Assembly: GCA_020631975.1 (NCBI GenBank)
Contig: JACKGO010000008.1
Coordinates: 72,446-136,445, forward strand
DNA: 64,000 nt
Direction: 5' to 3'
Source: Candidatus Nomurabacteria bacterium
GTDB lineage: Bacteria; Patescibacteriota; Saccharimonadia; Saccharimonadales; CAIOMD01
The translations under genes and the position numbers were made by a program. Below are positions 15,215 through 23,819 of the stretch, in pieces. The notes under the pieces are model-generated. The model was not told where the DNA came from. It made no database searches and saw nothing but the letters and a program-made list of their open reading frames with translations. Each line of letters starts with the position of its first letter. Positions within the stretch are counted from its first letter, which is position 1.

Positions 15215-15307
15215 TGGCGGAGGAGGAGGGATTCGAACCCTCGCACCAGGTTGCCCCGATCTAACGATTTAGCAAACCGTCCCCTTCAGCCACTTGGGTA
15301 CTCCTCC
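15215..15307 (-). tRNA. tRNA-Ser (anticodon GCT), CCA encoded
   Basis: Hand-folded: acceptor GGAGGAG/CTCCTCC, anticodon arm ACGGT-TTGCTAA-ATCGT, long variable arm, T-arm GAGGG-TTCGAAT-CCCTC. Confidence 0.9.
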
Positions 15308-15370
15308 ACTACTAGTGGTAGCTGACAGCTTAAAATTATAGCAGTTAGCAGCTCCTTTTAAAAGAATTTT

Positions 15371-16039
15371 CTAAGGTGTTCTCGCAACGACAGCCACGCG
15401 AACCTCTTGGGCTCCTGCTTTGTATAATAATTTTACTGTAGCGTCTATTGTAGCCCCAGTTGTCACTACATCATCAACTATAAGAAGTTTTTTACCTGCA
15501 ACGTGCCCAGCTATCGGGCGGAACGCATTCGCCAATTGTTTTTTTCTGGTGGGCCTGTCTGCGCCCTTTTGCGTAACAGATGTTACGCGCACTAATGTTT
15601 CTATTACTTTACGCTTTTGCATTTTGGCAAGTGCTTTTGTAACGGCTTGCATATGGTTAAAACCACGCTCTCTGATGTGGCTACCTGTTGCGGGTACATA
15701 TGTAAGCACGTAATCTGAGTCTAGATAGGGTATATTGAGTTGCAAAAAATAGGCAATATCTTTTGCAGCCGAACGTTTATAGTCGAATTTGTACGCCTTG
15801 ATGAGCTTTTTAATAGCTCCTTGGTAATCTGTAGCAATGTATACGGCAATTGGTGCAGATGAACTTTTATGCTGTTGGCATGGGTTGTTATGTTTTGTAG
15901 CTTTGCCACATACATAACAAATACTTGGTAGGGTAGGTAACGTAGCTGCGCATGACTTACACAAAACTGCGCCCTCAGCATTACACACAACACATTGATG
16001 TGGTGCGACTAGTGATAGGGCGGTATCTAAAATGTTCAT
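15371..16039 (-). CDS. comFC: ComF family protein (phosphoribosyltransferase domain with N-terminal Cys cluster)
   Basis: CVVCNA...CKSC...CYVCG zinc-finger-like N-terminus. PRTase motif LLIVDDVVTTGATI. Confidence 0.85.
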   Translation of the reverse strand: MNILDTALSLVAPHQCVVCNAEGAVLCKSCAATLPTLPSICYVCGKATKHNNPCQQHKSSSAPIAVYIATDYQGAIKKLIKAYKFDYKRSAAKDIAYFLQLNIPYLDSDYVLTYVPATGSHIRERGFNHMQAVTKALAKMQKRKVIETLVRVTSVTQKGADRPTRKKQLANAFRPIAGHVAGKKLLIVDDVVTTGATIDATVKLLYKAGAQEVRVAVVARTP

Positions 16040-16155
16040 GTTGTAATAATTATGTTGTGAATATAGCTATTAAAGTTGCTATCTACTCTGTATGTCAGTT
16101 ATAATCTCATGTAAAGATAAAAAATCAAATCTTAAAAAGCTGCAAATAAATAATC

Positions 16156-16638
16156 GTGGAGGGTAACATGGCACGACGTACGGCAGACGATGATCTGTTA
16201 ATGGAAGAAGAGCTAACGGCTGCGTTTTTGGGTGATGAAGATCTAGTATCTCCAGCTGCCGCACCAGCGCAACCAGTCGCAGAAGAAGAAGAATGGGACG
16301 AAAACGAACCAATCTTAGGACAATTGGCGGTTGATGTATACGAAACAAAAGAAAAACTTGTTGTTAAGGCACGAACTGCTGGCGTTAACAAGAACGATCT
16401 AGATGTGAGTATTGCAGACAACACCTTAAGCATTCGCGGGACACTATCTGCGGGTGGCGAAGAAGACGTAGAAAACTACCACTTGCAAGAATGCTACTGG
16501 GGCGAATTTTCTCGTAGCTTAGTACTACCTGTGCCAGTAAAAGAAGATGAAATTGAAGCTGTTTTAAAAGACGGCGTTCTAACCATTAGCTTTACAAAGG
16601 TACAGCAAGACACGGTTAAGAAAATTCAAGTTTTATAA
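16156..16638 (+). CDS. Hsp20/alpha-crystallin small heat-shock protein with acidic N-terminus
   Basis: LAVDVYETKEKLVVKARTAGVNKNDLDVSI...LTISFTK alpha-crystallin domain. Confidence 0.9.
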   Translation: MEGNMARRTADDDLLMEEELTAAFLGDEDLVSPAAAPAQPVAEEEEWDENEPILGQLAVDVYETKEKLVVKARTAGVNKNDLDVSIADNTLSIRGTLSAGGEEDVENYHLQECYWGEFSRSLVLPVPVKEDEIEAVLKDGVLTISFTKVQQDTVKKIQVL

Positions 16639-16657
16639 GTAGTTGCTAAAGTAAAAA

Positions 16658-16687
16658 AGACTTCTGGGTAAAACTAGAAGTCTTTTT
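16658..16687 (+). terminator. hsp20 terminator
   Basis: agacttct / agaagtct stem followed by ttttt. Confidence 0.6.
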
Positions 16688-16691
16688 ATAT

Positions 16692-16722
16692 GTAAAAATC
16701 CCCCTTTTGTAAAAGGGGGATT
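16692..16722 (-). terminator. terminator of the pilin operon
   Basis: aatccccctttt / aaaagggggatt perfect stem, with a T-run on the minus strand. Confidence 0.6.
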
Positions 16723-16746
16723 ACTTAACGTTTGGTGTGCAGCTAT

Positions 16747-17166
16747 CTAGGATGCTGTGTTGGCAACGTTGCCAAGTACAAACTTCACAATAACCTGCGC
16801 AAGCGCCACGATGATAAGACCTACTATTGCGTACAATATGGTGTTCTTTGCAGAAGTAACGCTACCGGCATCACCACCGCTGGTAATGTAGCGGAAACCG
16901 CCATAGATAATCATGATGACAGAAACAACACCAACAACCCAAGAAAAGATATTAATGATGAGGTTTACCGTATCATTAACACCTTCTGATGCTTCGTCAT
17001 TGATATTTGTACAGTCGCCAGCAGTGTTAGGTGCTTGCAAGTTTGCGCCACCACACAGGCCACTTTGAATATCACTTTGAGCAATTGCTATAGCAGGAAC
17101 GGTCAATGGAGCGAGCATACCTACAGCTGTGAATGCCGCTATTATTAATGTTTTTAGTCTGTTCAT
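16747..17166 (-). CDS. VirB2/TrbC-like T4SS pilin paralog 1 (139 aa)
   Basis: Signal peptide, variable Cys-containing region, conserved core IINIFSWVVGVVSVIMIIYGGFRYITSGGDAGSVTSAKNTILYAIVGLII (TM-loop-TM). Confidence 0.75.
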   Translation of the reverse strand: MNRLKTLIIAAFTAVGMLAPLTVPAIAIAQSDIQSGLCGGANLQAPNTAGDCTNINDEASEGVNDTVNLIINIFSWVVGVVSVIMIIYGGFRYITSGGDAGSVTSAKNTILYAIVGLIIVALAQVIVKFVLGNVANTAS

Positions 17167-17250
17167 GTAAATTCCTTATTTAACGTTAGCTTATGATACT
17201 TTTTTACCATATATTAATGTTTTTGTAAATATATAATCGTTCGTTCACTA

Positions 17251-17457
17251 TTTAGGTTACATTACCAAGCACAAAAAGCACAAGTACTTGCGCGAGTGCG
17301 GCGATTACCAAACCAACCAGTGCATAGACAATGGTATTTTTGGCGCTTGTTACTTTACCAGCATCACCCCCGCTAGTGATATACCGAAAACCACCAAATA
17401 TGACCATAATGACCGATACCACACCAACGATCCATGAAAAGATGTTGATGATGTCTT
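17251..17457. repeat. ~207-bp direct repeat (3' halves of pilin genes 2 and 3), partner at 17645-17851
   Basis: Near-identical by eye, with about 4 substitutions. Offset 394 bp. Confidence 0.85.
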
Positions 17458-17623
17458 CTACCAGAGTGTTAACTTTTGCTGGTGCGCTGCCCGCACATTG
17501 GTCACCGGTACATGTAGCTTCGACACCTTTTTTTATCTGTGCATAGCTCGTAGTAGTTGTAAGTACAGGGCCTACGAAAGCAAATGTTGCGAGTGCTGCT
17601 AGGCCTATTAAAAACGCTTTCAT
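17252..17623 (-). CDS. VirB2/TrbC-like T4SS pilin paralog 2 (123 aa)
   Basis: Same architecture. C-terminal 68 aa identical to paralog 3. Confidence 0.75.
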   Translation of the reverse strand: MKAFLIGLAALATFAFVGPVLTTTTSYAQIKKGVEATCTGDQCAGSAPAKVNTLVEDIINIFSWIVGVVSVIMVIFGGFRYITSGGDAGKVTSAKNTIVYALVGLVIAALAQVLVLFVLGNVT

Positions 17624-17644
17624 TTTTTTACTCCTTTATTTATC

Positions 17645-17851
17645 TTTAGGTTACATTACCAAGCACAAAAAGCACAAGTACTTGCGCGAGTGCCGCGATT
17701 ACCAAACCAACTAGTGCATAGACAATGGTATTTTTGGCACTGGTTACTTTACCAGCATCACCCCCGCTAGTGATATACCGAAAACCACCAAATATGACCA
17801 TAATGACCGATACCACACCAACGATCCATGAAAAGATGTTGATGATGTCTT
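17645..17851. repeat. ~207-bp direct repeat, partner of 17251-17457
   Basis: See partner entry. Confidence 0.85.
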
Positions 17852-18044
17852 GCACGAGGTTGTTTGCTTTTGCCTTAACACCTATTTTATTGCCCTCGCT
17901 GTCGTACTGCTGGCAGTTACCATCCGGACACGTAGCATTGATGCCATCTGTTACTGGGCTAGCGTATATGGGTAAACTCAATGCTGGCAGGGCAGCGGCA
18001 CTTAGTCCAAACACTGCTACGATTACTAAAAAGAGTTTTTTCAT
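17646..18044 (-). CDS. VirB2/TrbC-like T4SS pilin paralog 3 (132 aa)
   Basis: Same architecture. Variable region carries CPDGNC. Confidence 0.75.
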   Translation of the reverse strand: MKKLFLVIVAVFGLSAAALPALSLPIYASPVTDGINATCPDGNCQQYDSEGNKIGVKAKANNLVQDIINIFSWIVGVVSVIMVIFGGFRYITSGGDAGKVTSAKNTIVYALVGLVIAALAQVLVLFVLGNVT

Positions 18045-18057
18045 TTTATATCCTTTA

Positions 18058-18459
18058 TTAGTTTAATAACTTTGCTATTGCAAATAATATCAACCGATTT
18101 GCTAATACAACAACCACTAACCCAACAAGTGAGTACAATATAGTCTGCCGCCCAGTTGCTGCCTTTTGCGGTTCACCAGCGCTGGTAATGTACTTAAAAC
18201 CACCAAATATAACCATAAAAACTGCAAGCGCACCTGCTACAAAAGATAATATATTAATTATTCTCTTAATAAGAATTAGTATTGCGTTATCGCCCGGGTC
18301 GGCGTCACTACCTTTATCGTAGCCTTTACATAGTGAACTGGTTGGGTTGTTTTTGCACACTTCGGTTAAATCTTCTGTTGCGCTCGCAGCCATCGCTAAA
18401 GGACTTATGGTCAAAAAAAGTAGTGCTGTGGCGAATAAAGATGTCAAAAACATTTTCAT
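18058..18459 (-). CDS. VirB2/TrbC-like T4SS pilin paralog 4 (133 aa)
   Basis: Signal peptide, CKNNPTSSLC, core INILSFVAGALAVFMVIFGGFKYITSAGEPQKAATGRQTILYSLVGLVV. Confidence 0.7.
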   Translation of the reverse strand: MKMFLTSLFATALLFLTISPLAMAASATEDLTEVCKNNPTSSLCKGYDKGSDADPGDNAILILIKRIINILSFVAGALAVFMVIFGGFKYITSAGEPQKAATGRQTILYSLVGLVVVVLANRLILFAIAKLLN

Positions 18460-18468
18460 ATGTATGTG

Positions 18469-18747
18469 CTACGTCACCCTATTAAATATAAACAGAACAA
18501 TGACTTGGGCAAAAAATATTACAACCAACCCCGCTACGGCATATATAATCGCACGGCGAGCTTGGGCAACCTTTTCTGAATTACCCTGCGAAATAATCAG
18601 TTGTATACCAGAATAGACAACCATAATGACGGCAACTGCTCCAAAAATAGCGAGAACGTAATTTAAAATCGTGCCAAAACTATTTGTGTTTGTTTTTGGT
18701 AAATAATCAGAACTAATTATTGCTGAAAATGTGTATAAAATATTCAT
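18469..18747 (-). CDS. VirB2/TrbC-like T4SS pilin paralog 5 (92 aa, short N-terminus)
   Basis: Core LNYVLAIFGAVAVIMVVYSGIQLIISQGNSEKVAQARRAIIYAVAGLVV. No obvious long variable region. Confidence 0.65.
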   Translation of the reverse strand: MNILYTFSAIISSDYLPKTNTNSFGTILNYVLAIFGAVAVIMVVYSGIQLIISQGNSEKVAQARRAIIYAVAGLVVIFFAQVIVLFIFNRVT

Positions 18748-18749
18748 AT

Positions 18750-19259
18750 TTAGGCGAGTCCTCCGGCAATAAAGCCAACTATTTGCGACGCGATAACTGC
18801 AATTACCATACCTACCAAGGCATTAAACAGCGTTGTTCTGGCAGCGGCAATTTTTTGCGGTTCACCATCGCTCGTAAGTAATTTAAAACCGCCCCAAATA
18901 ATCATCACTACAGCAATAACGCCTGCTACATATAGAAGGATATCAAATATCCCCATAAGTATTAGAATAATGACTGTTCCACCTAGGCCATCTGTTTTAA
19001 TTTCACATTGCCCATTTACTTTTTGCCCCGGCAAGTACTGATACCAGGTTGGAAGAGGCAGACCTCCGCTACCTGGCCGGCATTTATTACCTTCTGCCTG
19101 TATGTTTGCTTCTGTTCCATCTGCTTGACGGGGGTTTTCTGGATTATCTGATTGCGCAACAACATGCACCGTAGACGGTACTATACCTAGCACAGCAATA
19201 CCCATACTTGGTACGAGTAATAGTGCTAGGCTTGTGAGAACTTTGGCAACGAGCTGCAT
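18750..19259 (-). CDS. VirB2/TrbC-like T4SS pilin paralog 6 (169 aa from Met at 19259)
   Basis: Start chosen at MQLVAKV (signal-like), overlapping the upstream stop (TAATG). Core FDILLYVAGVIAVVMIIWGGFKLLTSDGEPQKIAAARTTLFNALVGMVI. Confidence 0.7.
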   Translation of the reverse strand: MQLVAKVLTSLALLLVPSMGIAVLGIVPSTVHVVAQSDNPENPRQADGTEANIQAEGNKCRPGSGGLPLPTWYQYLPGQKVNGQCEIKTDGLGGTVIILILMGIFDILLYVAGVIAVVMIIWGGFKLLTSDGEPQKIAAARTTLFNALVGMVIAVIASQIVGFIAGGLA

Positions 19260-19633
19260 TAAAACACGCCCCCCGGTATTAACCACTGTATAAAGGCGTA
19301 CAAAAAGAAGTAGGCCACTAAACCAAATACAACGTTCCATATTTTTTCTTTAGCCGCTTGTACGTTTTGTGCGTTGTCTCTTGCTGTCATGTACTGTATG
19401 CCTGCCCACGCAATCATGACAGAACCACCAGCTAATATTGTTACAGAAAGCACATTAATAAAAAATTCTATCCATTTAATTATTGGGTTATCTTTAATGT
19501 CAGATGCAGTAGTTTGACCATTAGTTGGTGAAGGCTGTTTTAAGCCCTGCGCATAGGCAGCTTGTGTTGCAGGCATGGTAGTACCGCATAAACTTGCCGC
19601 TGCAATTGCTAAAATAAATAATGTTTTTTTCAT
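19259..19633 (-). CDS. VirB2/TrbC-like T4SS pilin paralog 7 (124 aa)
   Basis: Signal peptide, core FINVLSVTILAGGSVMIAWAGIQYMTARDNAQNVQAAKEKIWNVVFGLV. Confidence 0.65.
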   Translation of the reverse strand: MKKTLFILAIAAASLCGTTMPATQAAYAQGLKQPSPTNGQTTASDIKDNPIIKWIEFFINVLSVTILAGGSVMIAWAGIQYMTARDNAQNVQAAKEKIWNVVFGLVAYFFLYAFIQWLIPGGVF

Positions 19634-19826
19634 TTTTAATCAATATACTTTACCCACTTATTAAACCATAAAATTAGCTTGTAATACACAGTCTACTTTT
19701 ATATATAGTGCTACGCATTGTAATTCACTAGCTTTATAAATCTATTACAATTAATGCATGGTGTCATTTTACCTGTAGAGACTTTTGCTCAAAATGCAAT
19801 AAAATGGTAAATTTTATATAGTAGTT

Positions 19827-22658
19827 ATGCTATTAAAACAAACCCAGAAGACTCTTAAACTACTTTTACCATTGTTGGTAATTTTTGCTTTTGCTATGAC
19901 TCATTTTTCTACTGTTGCATTTGCGGCAGGTGATTATGTAGATGTAGACCGTGACAACACCTTATTTTATTACAATGCTGACAAAAATGTTTTTCTCGCC
20001 GTCAGAGATGGTAATATAGTTATCTTTGGCAAAGAGGCTGGTAATGATAATGGATGGAAGCAAAAGGTCGACCTTTACGGCAAGGGTACTATAGACTGTT
20101 CTTCACGTATACAGATAGATAAAGCTATCAATCCAAATATTTTTAACCCTCTCGTAAATAGAGCTGTGCTCTACGAAGCTGGAGGAAACAACTGTGCGGA
20201 CGAAAACTATCATCAAGGTGCAATTGATCTACAGAATGAAGATGAATCAGTTACAAAGGCAGCCCAAAATATTAACTGGGGTAACGAACCGCTCGGCTGC
20301 CCTAAATTCGGTAATATACCAAATAACGCTAATAAAAAAGATCTCAATTATAACTGCCCAAACGGTGGTGCGGTTATAAAAGGCGTATATGACAAAAATG
20401 AAAAAATTGATACACCACGACTAGCAAGTGCTAACGCAAGTGCTTGTGGTGATGTAGCAGGTGCTTTTGGGTGGTTAATATGCGAACCTGCCGAGAAAAT
20501 TGGAGATTTTACCATGTGGTTCGAAAAGCAACTGTATACTTTGTTGCACATAAATGAACTGCCCTTGGCTGCTGATGGTGGTGTTTACCAAGCTTGGGCA
20601 AGTATTCGAACTGTGGCAACAACAGTATTGGTGCTCGTGGCGCTTGTTGCAATTGCCTCCCAAATATTTAATTTTGATTTTATTAGTGCCTATACTATTA
20701 AAAAAATAATACCCAAAATAGTTATCGCTACCATTTTGATTTTCACATCGTATTATCTTGCAGCAATGGGTATTGCGTTTGTGAATGCGCTTGGTGATGG
20801 CGTAAATGCTCTTATTTTGGCGCCTTTTCCTGATTTAATGGACGCTTATAATCAAAACGAAACGATATCTTTTGTACTTAGCAATATTTCTGGTATTGGT
20901 GGTGGAGAAGCTGGGGTTGCGGGTGGCATAATTGTAGGCGCAGGTATAGCAGCAATAGGTGGGGCTGGATTGTTCGGGTTGCTCATACCAATTATACTTG
21001 TAATAGGCGCGGTGGTTGTCGCGTTTATTACACTTGTACTAAGAAAAGTATTTATATTAGCACTCGTACTCATTATGCCCCTTGCAATTGTGGCATGGAT
21101 ACTGCCTGGTACGCAAAAATGGTTTGATAGCTGGTGGAAGCTCTTTTCTAAACTACTCCTTATGTACCCATTAGTCATCGGCTTGCTCGCAGTGGGTAAG
21201 GTAGCTGCATATTTAATAGCTACCGGCACAGAATCAGTTACAGCTGCTGCACTACCACAAGTATGGAATGTTTTGGCTGTGAATGGGCAGGCATCTATAG
21301 TTATTCTAATGGTGCTGATAGCTTATTTTGGCCCCTACTATTTTATTCCAAGTATGTTTAAAACAGCAGGTGGTGTGTTTGGAAAAATCACCAGTGGCAT
21401 GCAAAGCTTTGGAAGTAAATACGCACGTAAAGGCGGCGAAGCGTCAAGTAAGTGGGTTGGTGATAGAGCAGCCTCGAGATATAGGCCAGGTGCAAAGGGA
21501 GCACGAAAGTTCATTGGAAACTCTGCCATTAGATTGGGTACTGGAAAATTACTACCCACCCAATCAGGTGCACGCGCAATAGCTAGCCGCGGTGTAAACT
21601 TTGAAAAAGAAAGATTGCAGCAAGCTGAGTTTCTGCATGGCCAGGCCGAAAGATCTATGGATCACAACACATATTTAGACTATCTTGAAAAAACAGGATC
21701 AAGCAGAAGCATATATGACAGACAAGCTGCTCACAATATACTCGTTAGGCAAAAGGGCTATGATCAGCTAGAAAGATTGCGTGATAGAAACGGAGAAGAA
21801 GAGTGGAATAGGATGATAAGTGTAGGCGATACATACTCAGCTATCAAATCAACAAATAGGAGTGTACTAACATCTGATACTGCACTGGCCATAGAAGACG
21901 GTAGTATCTTTGATGACACTGAAGAAAAGAAGCAATTATTAAATAAGTACTATAATGCGGCACGTTCTCAAGGTGTTACTAACCTAAGCCAAGATGAGTT
22001 CGTAACTGACCTAAAGACTAGGGCAGGAACTAAAGACGCTGTCAGAGAAGCGAGAAAGGTTGACAAGGCAAAAATAATTCAGGAGATGAGTGGTGACGAG
22101 ATTATAGCTTCACATGATAGCATTTACTTTAGTCAAGACTTTGATAGTGATGGAAAGCCAAAACCAGATAAAATTCATAACGTTCAGTTTATGTCTGATG
22201 CATCAAAAGAGAGTATAGCTATCAATCAGAACCTAGTTGGTCGCGCAACTGCTACAGCAAAGCGAGAGCTTGGCCTTTCTGGCGGAGGCGGTGGTTCTGG
22301 TGGTGGTGGTAACTCAGGTCCTAGTTCTGGCGGAGGCGGTGGTTCTGGTGGTGGTGGTAACTCAGGTCCTAGTTCTGGCGGAGGCGGTGGTTCAGGCCAA
22401 TCGGCACCAGCAGGACCCGGATATGTAGCACCAATGCCACCGCCAACACCGGGAACAGCCTACACAGGACTAACGCCACCAGCAGCACCAGCAAAGGTAG
22501 TCCTAGACGAGACTTCAATCAGAGAATTGGCCAATAATGTAAGAGAGTCAGGCGGCAAAGGTTTGTCCAAAGAAGATAGAAGAGATATATCGCAAGAAAC
22601 CGCTGAAAGAATAGAAAACATCGAAAGAACCAGGAACGACGATGGACCCCCGGTATAG
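19827..22658 (+). CDS. VirB6/TrbL-like polytopic T4SS membrane protein with large N-terminal exodomain and G/S-rich C-terminal tail (943 aa)
   Basis: Signal/TM, ~230-aa Cys-containing soluble region, then at least 6 hydrophobic helices (residues ~260-520), then a long hydrophilic tail with GGGGSGGGGNSGPSS repeats. Confidence 0.65.
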   Translation: MLLKQTQKTLKLLLPLLVIFAFAMTHFSTVAFAAGDYVDVDRDNTLFYYNADKNVFLAVRDGNIVIFGKEAGNDNGWKQKVDLYGKGTIDCSSRIQIDKAINPNIFNPLVNRAVLYEAGGNNCADENYHQGAIDLQNEDESVTKAAQNINWGNEPLGCPKFGNIPNNANKKDLNYNCPNGGAVIKGVYDKNEKIDTPRLASANASACGDVAGAFGWLICEPAEKIGDFTMWFEKQLYTLLHINELPLAADGGVYQAWASIRTVATTVLVLVALVAIASQIFNFDFISAYTIKKIIPKIVIATILIFTSYYLAAMGIAFVNALGDGVNALILAPFPDLMDAYNQNETISFVLSNISGIGGGEAGVAGGIIVGAGIAAIGGAGLFGLLIPIILVIGAVVVAFITLVLRKVFILALVLIMPLAIVAWILPGTQKWFDSWWKLFSKLLLMYPLVIGLLAVGKVAAYLIATGTESVTAAALPQVWNVLAVNGQASIVILMVLIAYFGPYYFIPSMFKTAGGVFGKITSGMQSFGSKYARKGGEASSKWVGDRAASRYRPGAKGARKFIGNSAIRLGTGKLLPTQSGARAIASRGVNFEKERLQQAEFLHGQAERSMDHNTYLDYLEKTGSSRSIYDRQAAHNILVRQKGYDQLERLRDRNGEEEWNRMISVGDTYSAIKSTNRSVLTSDTALAIEDGSIFDDTEEKKQLLNKYYNAARSQGVTNLSQDEFVTDLKTRAGTKDAVREARKVDKAKIIQEMSGDEIIASHDSIYFSQDFDSDGKPKPDKIHNVQFMSDASKESIAINQNLVGRATATAKRELGLSGGGGGSGGGGNSGPSSGGGGGSGGGGNSGPSSGGGGGSGQSAPAGPGYVAPMPPPTPGTAYTGLTPPAAPAKVVLDETSIRELANNVRESGGKGLSKEDRRDISQETAERIENIERTRNDDGPPV
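22281..22394 (+). repeat. 48-bp tandem repeat, about 2.4 copies, encoding GGGGGSGGGGNSGPSS
   Basis: ggcggaggcggtggttctggtggtggtggtaactcaggtcctagttct repeated at 22281, 22329 and (partial) 22377. Confidence 0.9.
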
Positions 22659-22667
22659 GATAGATGT

Positions 22668-23789
22668 ATGGCGACATATAAAGTAATACAAGACGTAGAA
22701 GCAGAAGATAAGATACTAGGGCCCCTAAGCCTAAAGCAGCTTATCTTTGCCGCTATTGCGGCAGGTTCTATATTTATTGCTTTTAGGATTGTGGTTGCAA
22801 CTGGGGTTATATACACTGCTATTCCGTTTTTGCCATTTATATTAGTTTTTGGCGTGTTGGCGGCACCTCTTGGGCGTGACCAGCCAACAGAAATGTGGTT
22901 GGCGGCACAAATACGTTTTTACACCAAGCCGAGGGTCCGTATATGGGACCAAAGTGGTATTAAAAACTTAGTGAACATTACTGCACCTATAAGAATAGAA
23001 AAAATTTACACCGATGGCTTAAACCAAAATCAAGTGCGTAGTCGGCTAAAAGCACTTGCTTCTACCCTAGATAGCCGTGGCTGGGCGGTAAAGAACGTAG
23101 ATGTAAATATGTATACCACGCCTGGCTACGCCCAATTTAATTCTGATAGAATTATAGACCCGGTTAGCTTGCCAATAACTGTCAGCGACATAGATGTGCG
23201 TGCTTCTGACGATATTTTAGATGTAGCAAACAATGATACCGCCCAGCATTTTGATAACCTTATGCAAACGGCAGCACAGACCCATCATCAAGAATTAATG
23301 GCAAAAATACACAGCGCTGCAGCGCAGCAACCAAGTGCAGCCTTGCCTCGTAACGATGCAGATGATGACGCCCTAAACTATACGCCACCAGCAGCTACAC
23401 CGCCTTCATATGACACACCACCGCCCCAACAACAAGCTACCATACCTACAGATCAGCCCATACATGAAATTACCCAAGAAGATGAACAAAAAATTATCGA
23501 ACACGCTAAACTCGAACGCCAACGCTCTGAAGTACAATATGCATCGCATCATAAAGTTGTCCTAACACCTCAGCAGCAAGCAGATTTAGCAAAACAGCAA
23601 GCACTTAAAGACCAAGAACAAGCCAAAGAGGCAGCAGAAAGCCAGCCCTCCCAGCAGACACACCTTTCAAAGACTGATACAATAGAACTTGCTAATGCTA
23701 ACCTGAAGGTATCTACAATTGCTGGTCTTGCCAAGCATAAAACACAAGAAAAGCAGGACCCAACAGAAGTTGTAGTGAAGCTTCATTAA
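22668..23789 (+). CDS. PrgI/VirB3-like T4SS membrane protein with long Q/P-rich C-terminal extension (373 aa)
   Basis: N-terminus YKVIQDVEAEDKILGPLSLKQLIFAAIAAG followed by two TM helices, as in PrgI-family proteins of monoderm T4SSs. Confidence 0.6.
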   Translation: MATYKVIQDVEAEDKILGPLSLKQLIFAAIAAGSIFIAFRIVVATGVIYTAIPFLPFILVFGVLAAPLGRDQPTEMWLAAQIRFYTKPRVRIWDQSGIKNLVNITAPIRIEKIYTDGLNQNQVRSRLKALASTLDSRGWAVKNVDVNMYTTPGYAQFNSDRIIDPVSLPITVSDIDVRASDDILDVANNDTAQHFDNLMQTAAQTHHQELMAKIHSAAAQQPSAALPRNDADDDALNYTPPAATPPSYDTPPPQQQATIPTDQPIHEITQEDEQKIIEHAKLERQRSEVQYASHHKVVLTPQQQADLAKQQALKDQEQAKEAAESQPSQQTHLSKTDTIELANANLKVSTIAGLAKHKTQEKQDPTEVVVKLH

Positions 23790-23819
23790 GGGGTGGGACC
23801 CTCGTTATAGCCCATAAGA

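Noticed and set aside
15101-15325. 74-aa plus-strand ORF
   Set aside because: It reads through the antisense of tRNA-Ser(GCT) and the spacer. The R/S/P-rich translation is not coding.
18750-19340. Long form (196 aa) of pilin paralog 6 starting at 19340
   Set aside because: The N-terminal extension overlaps 82 nt of the upstream pilin gene and is not signal-peptide-like. The internal Met at 19259 gives a signal-like N-terminus and a TAATG stop/start overlap.
22237-22428. 63-aa alternative-frame ORF over the G/S repeat, plus other antisense ORFs inside virB6-like, virB4 and the 978-aa gene
   Set aside because: These are repeat-driven or antisense shadow ORFs inside strongly supported long frames.
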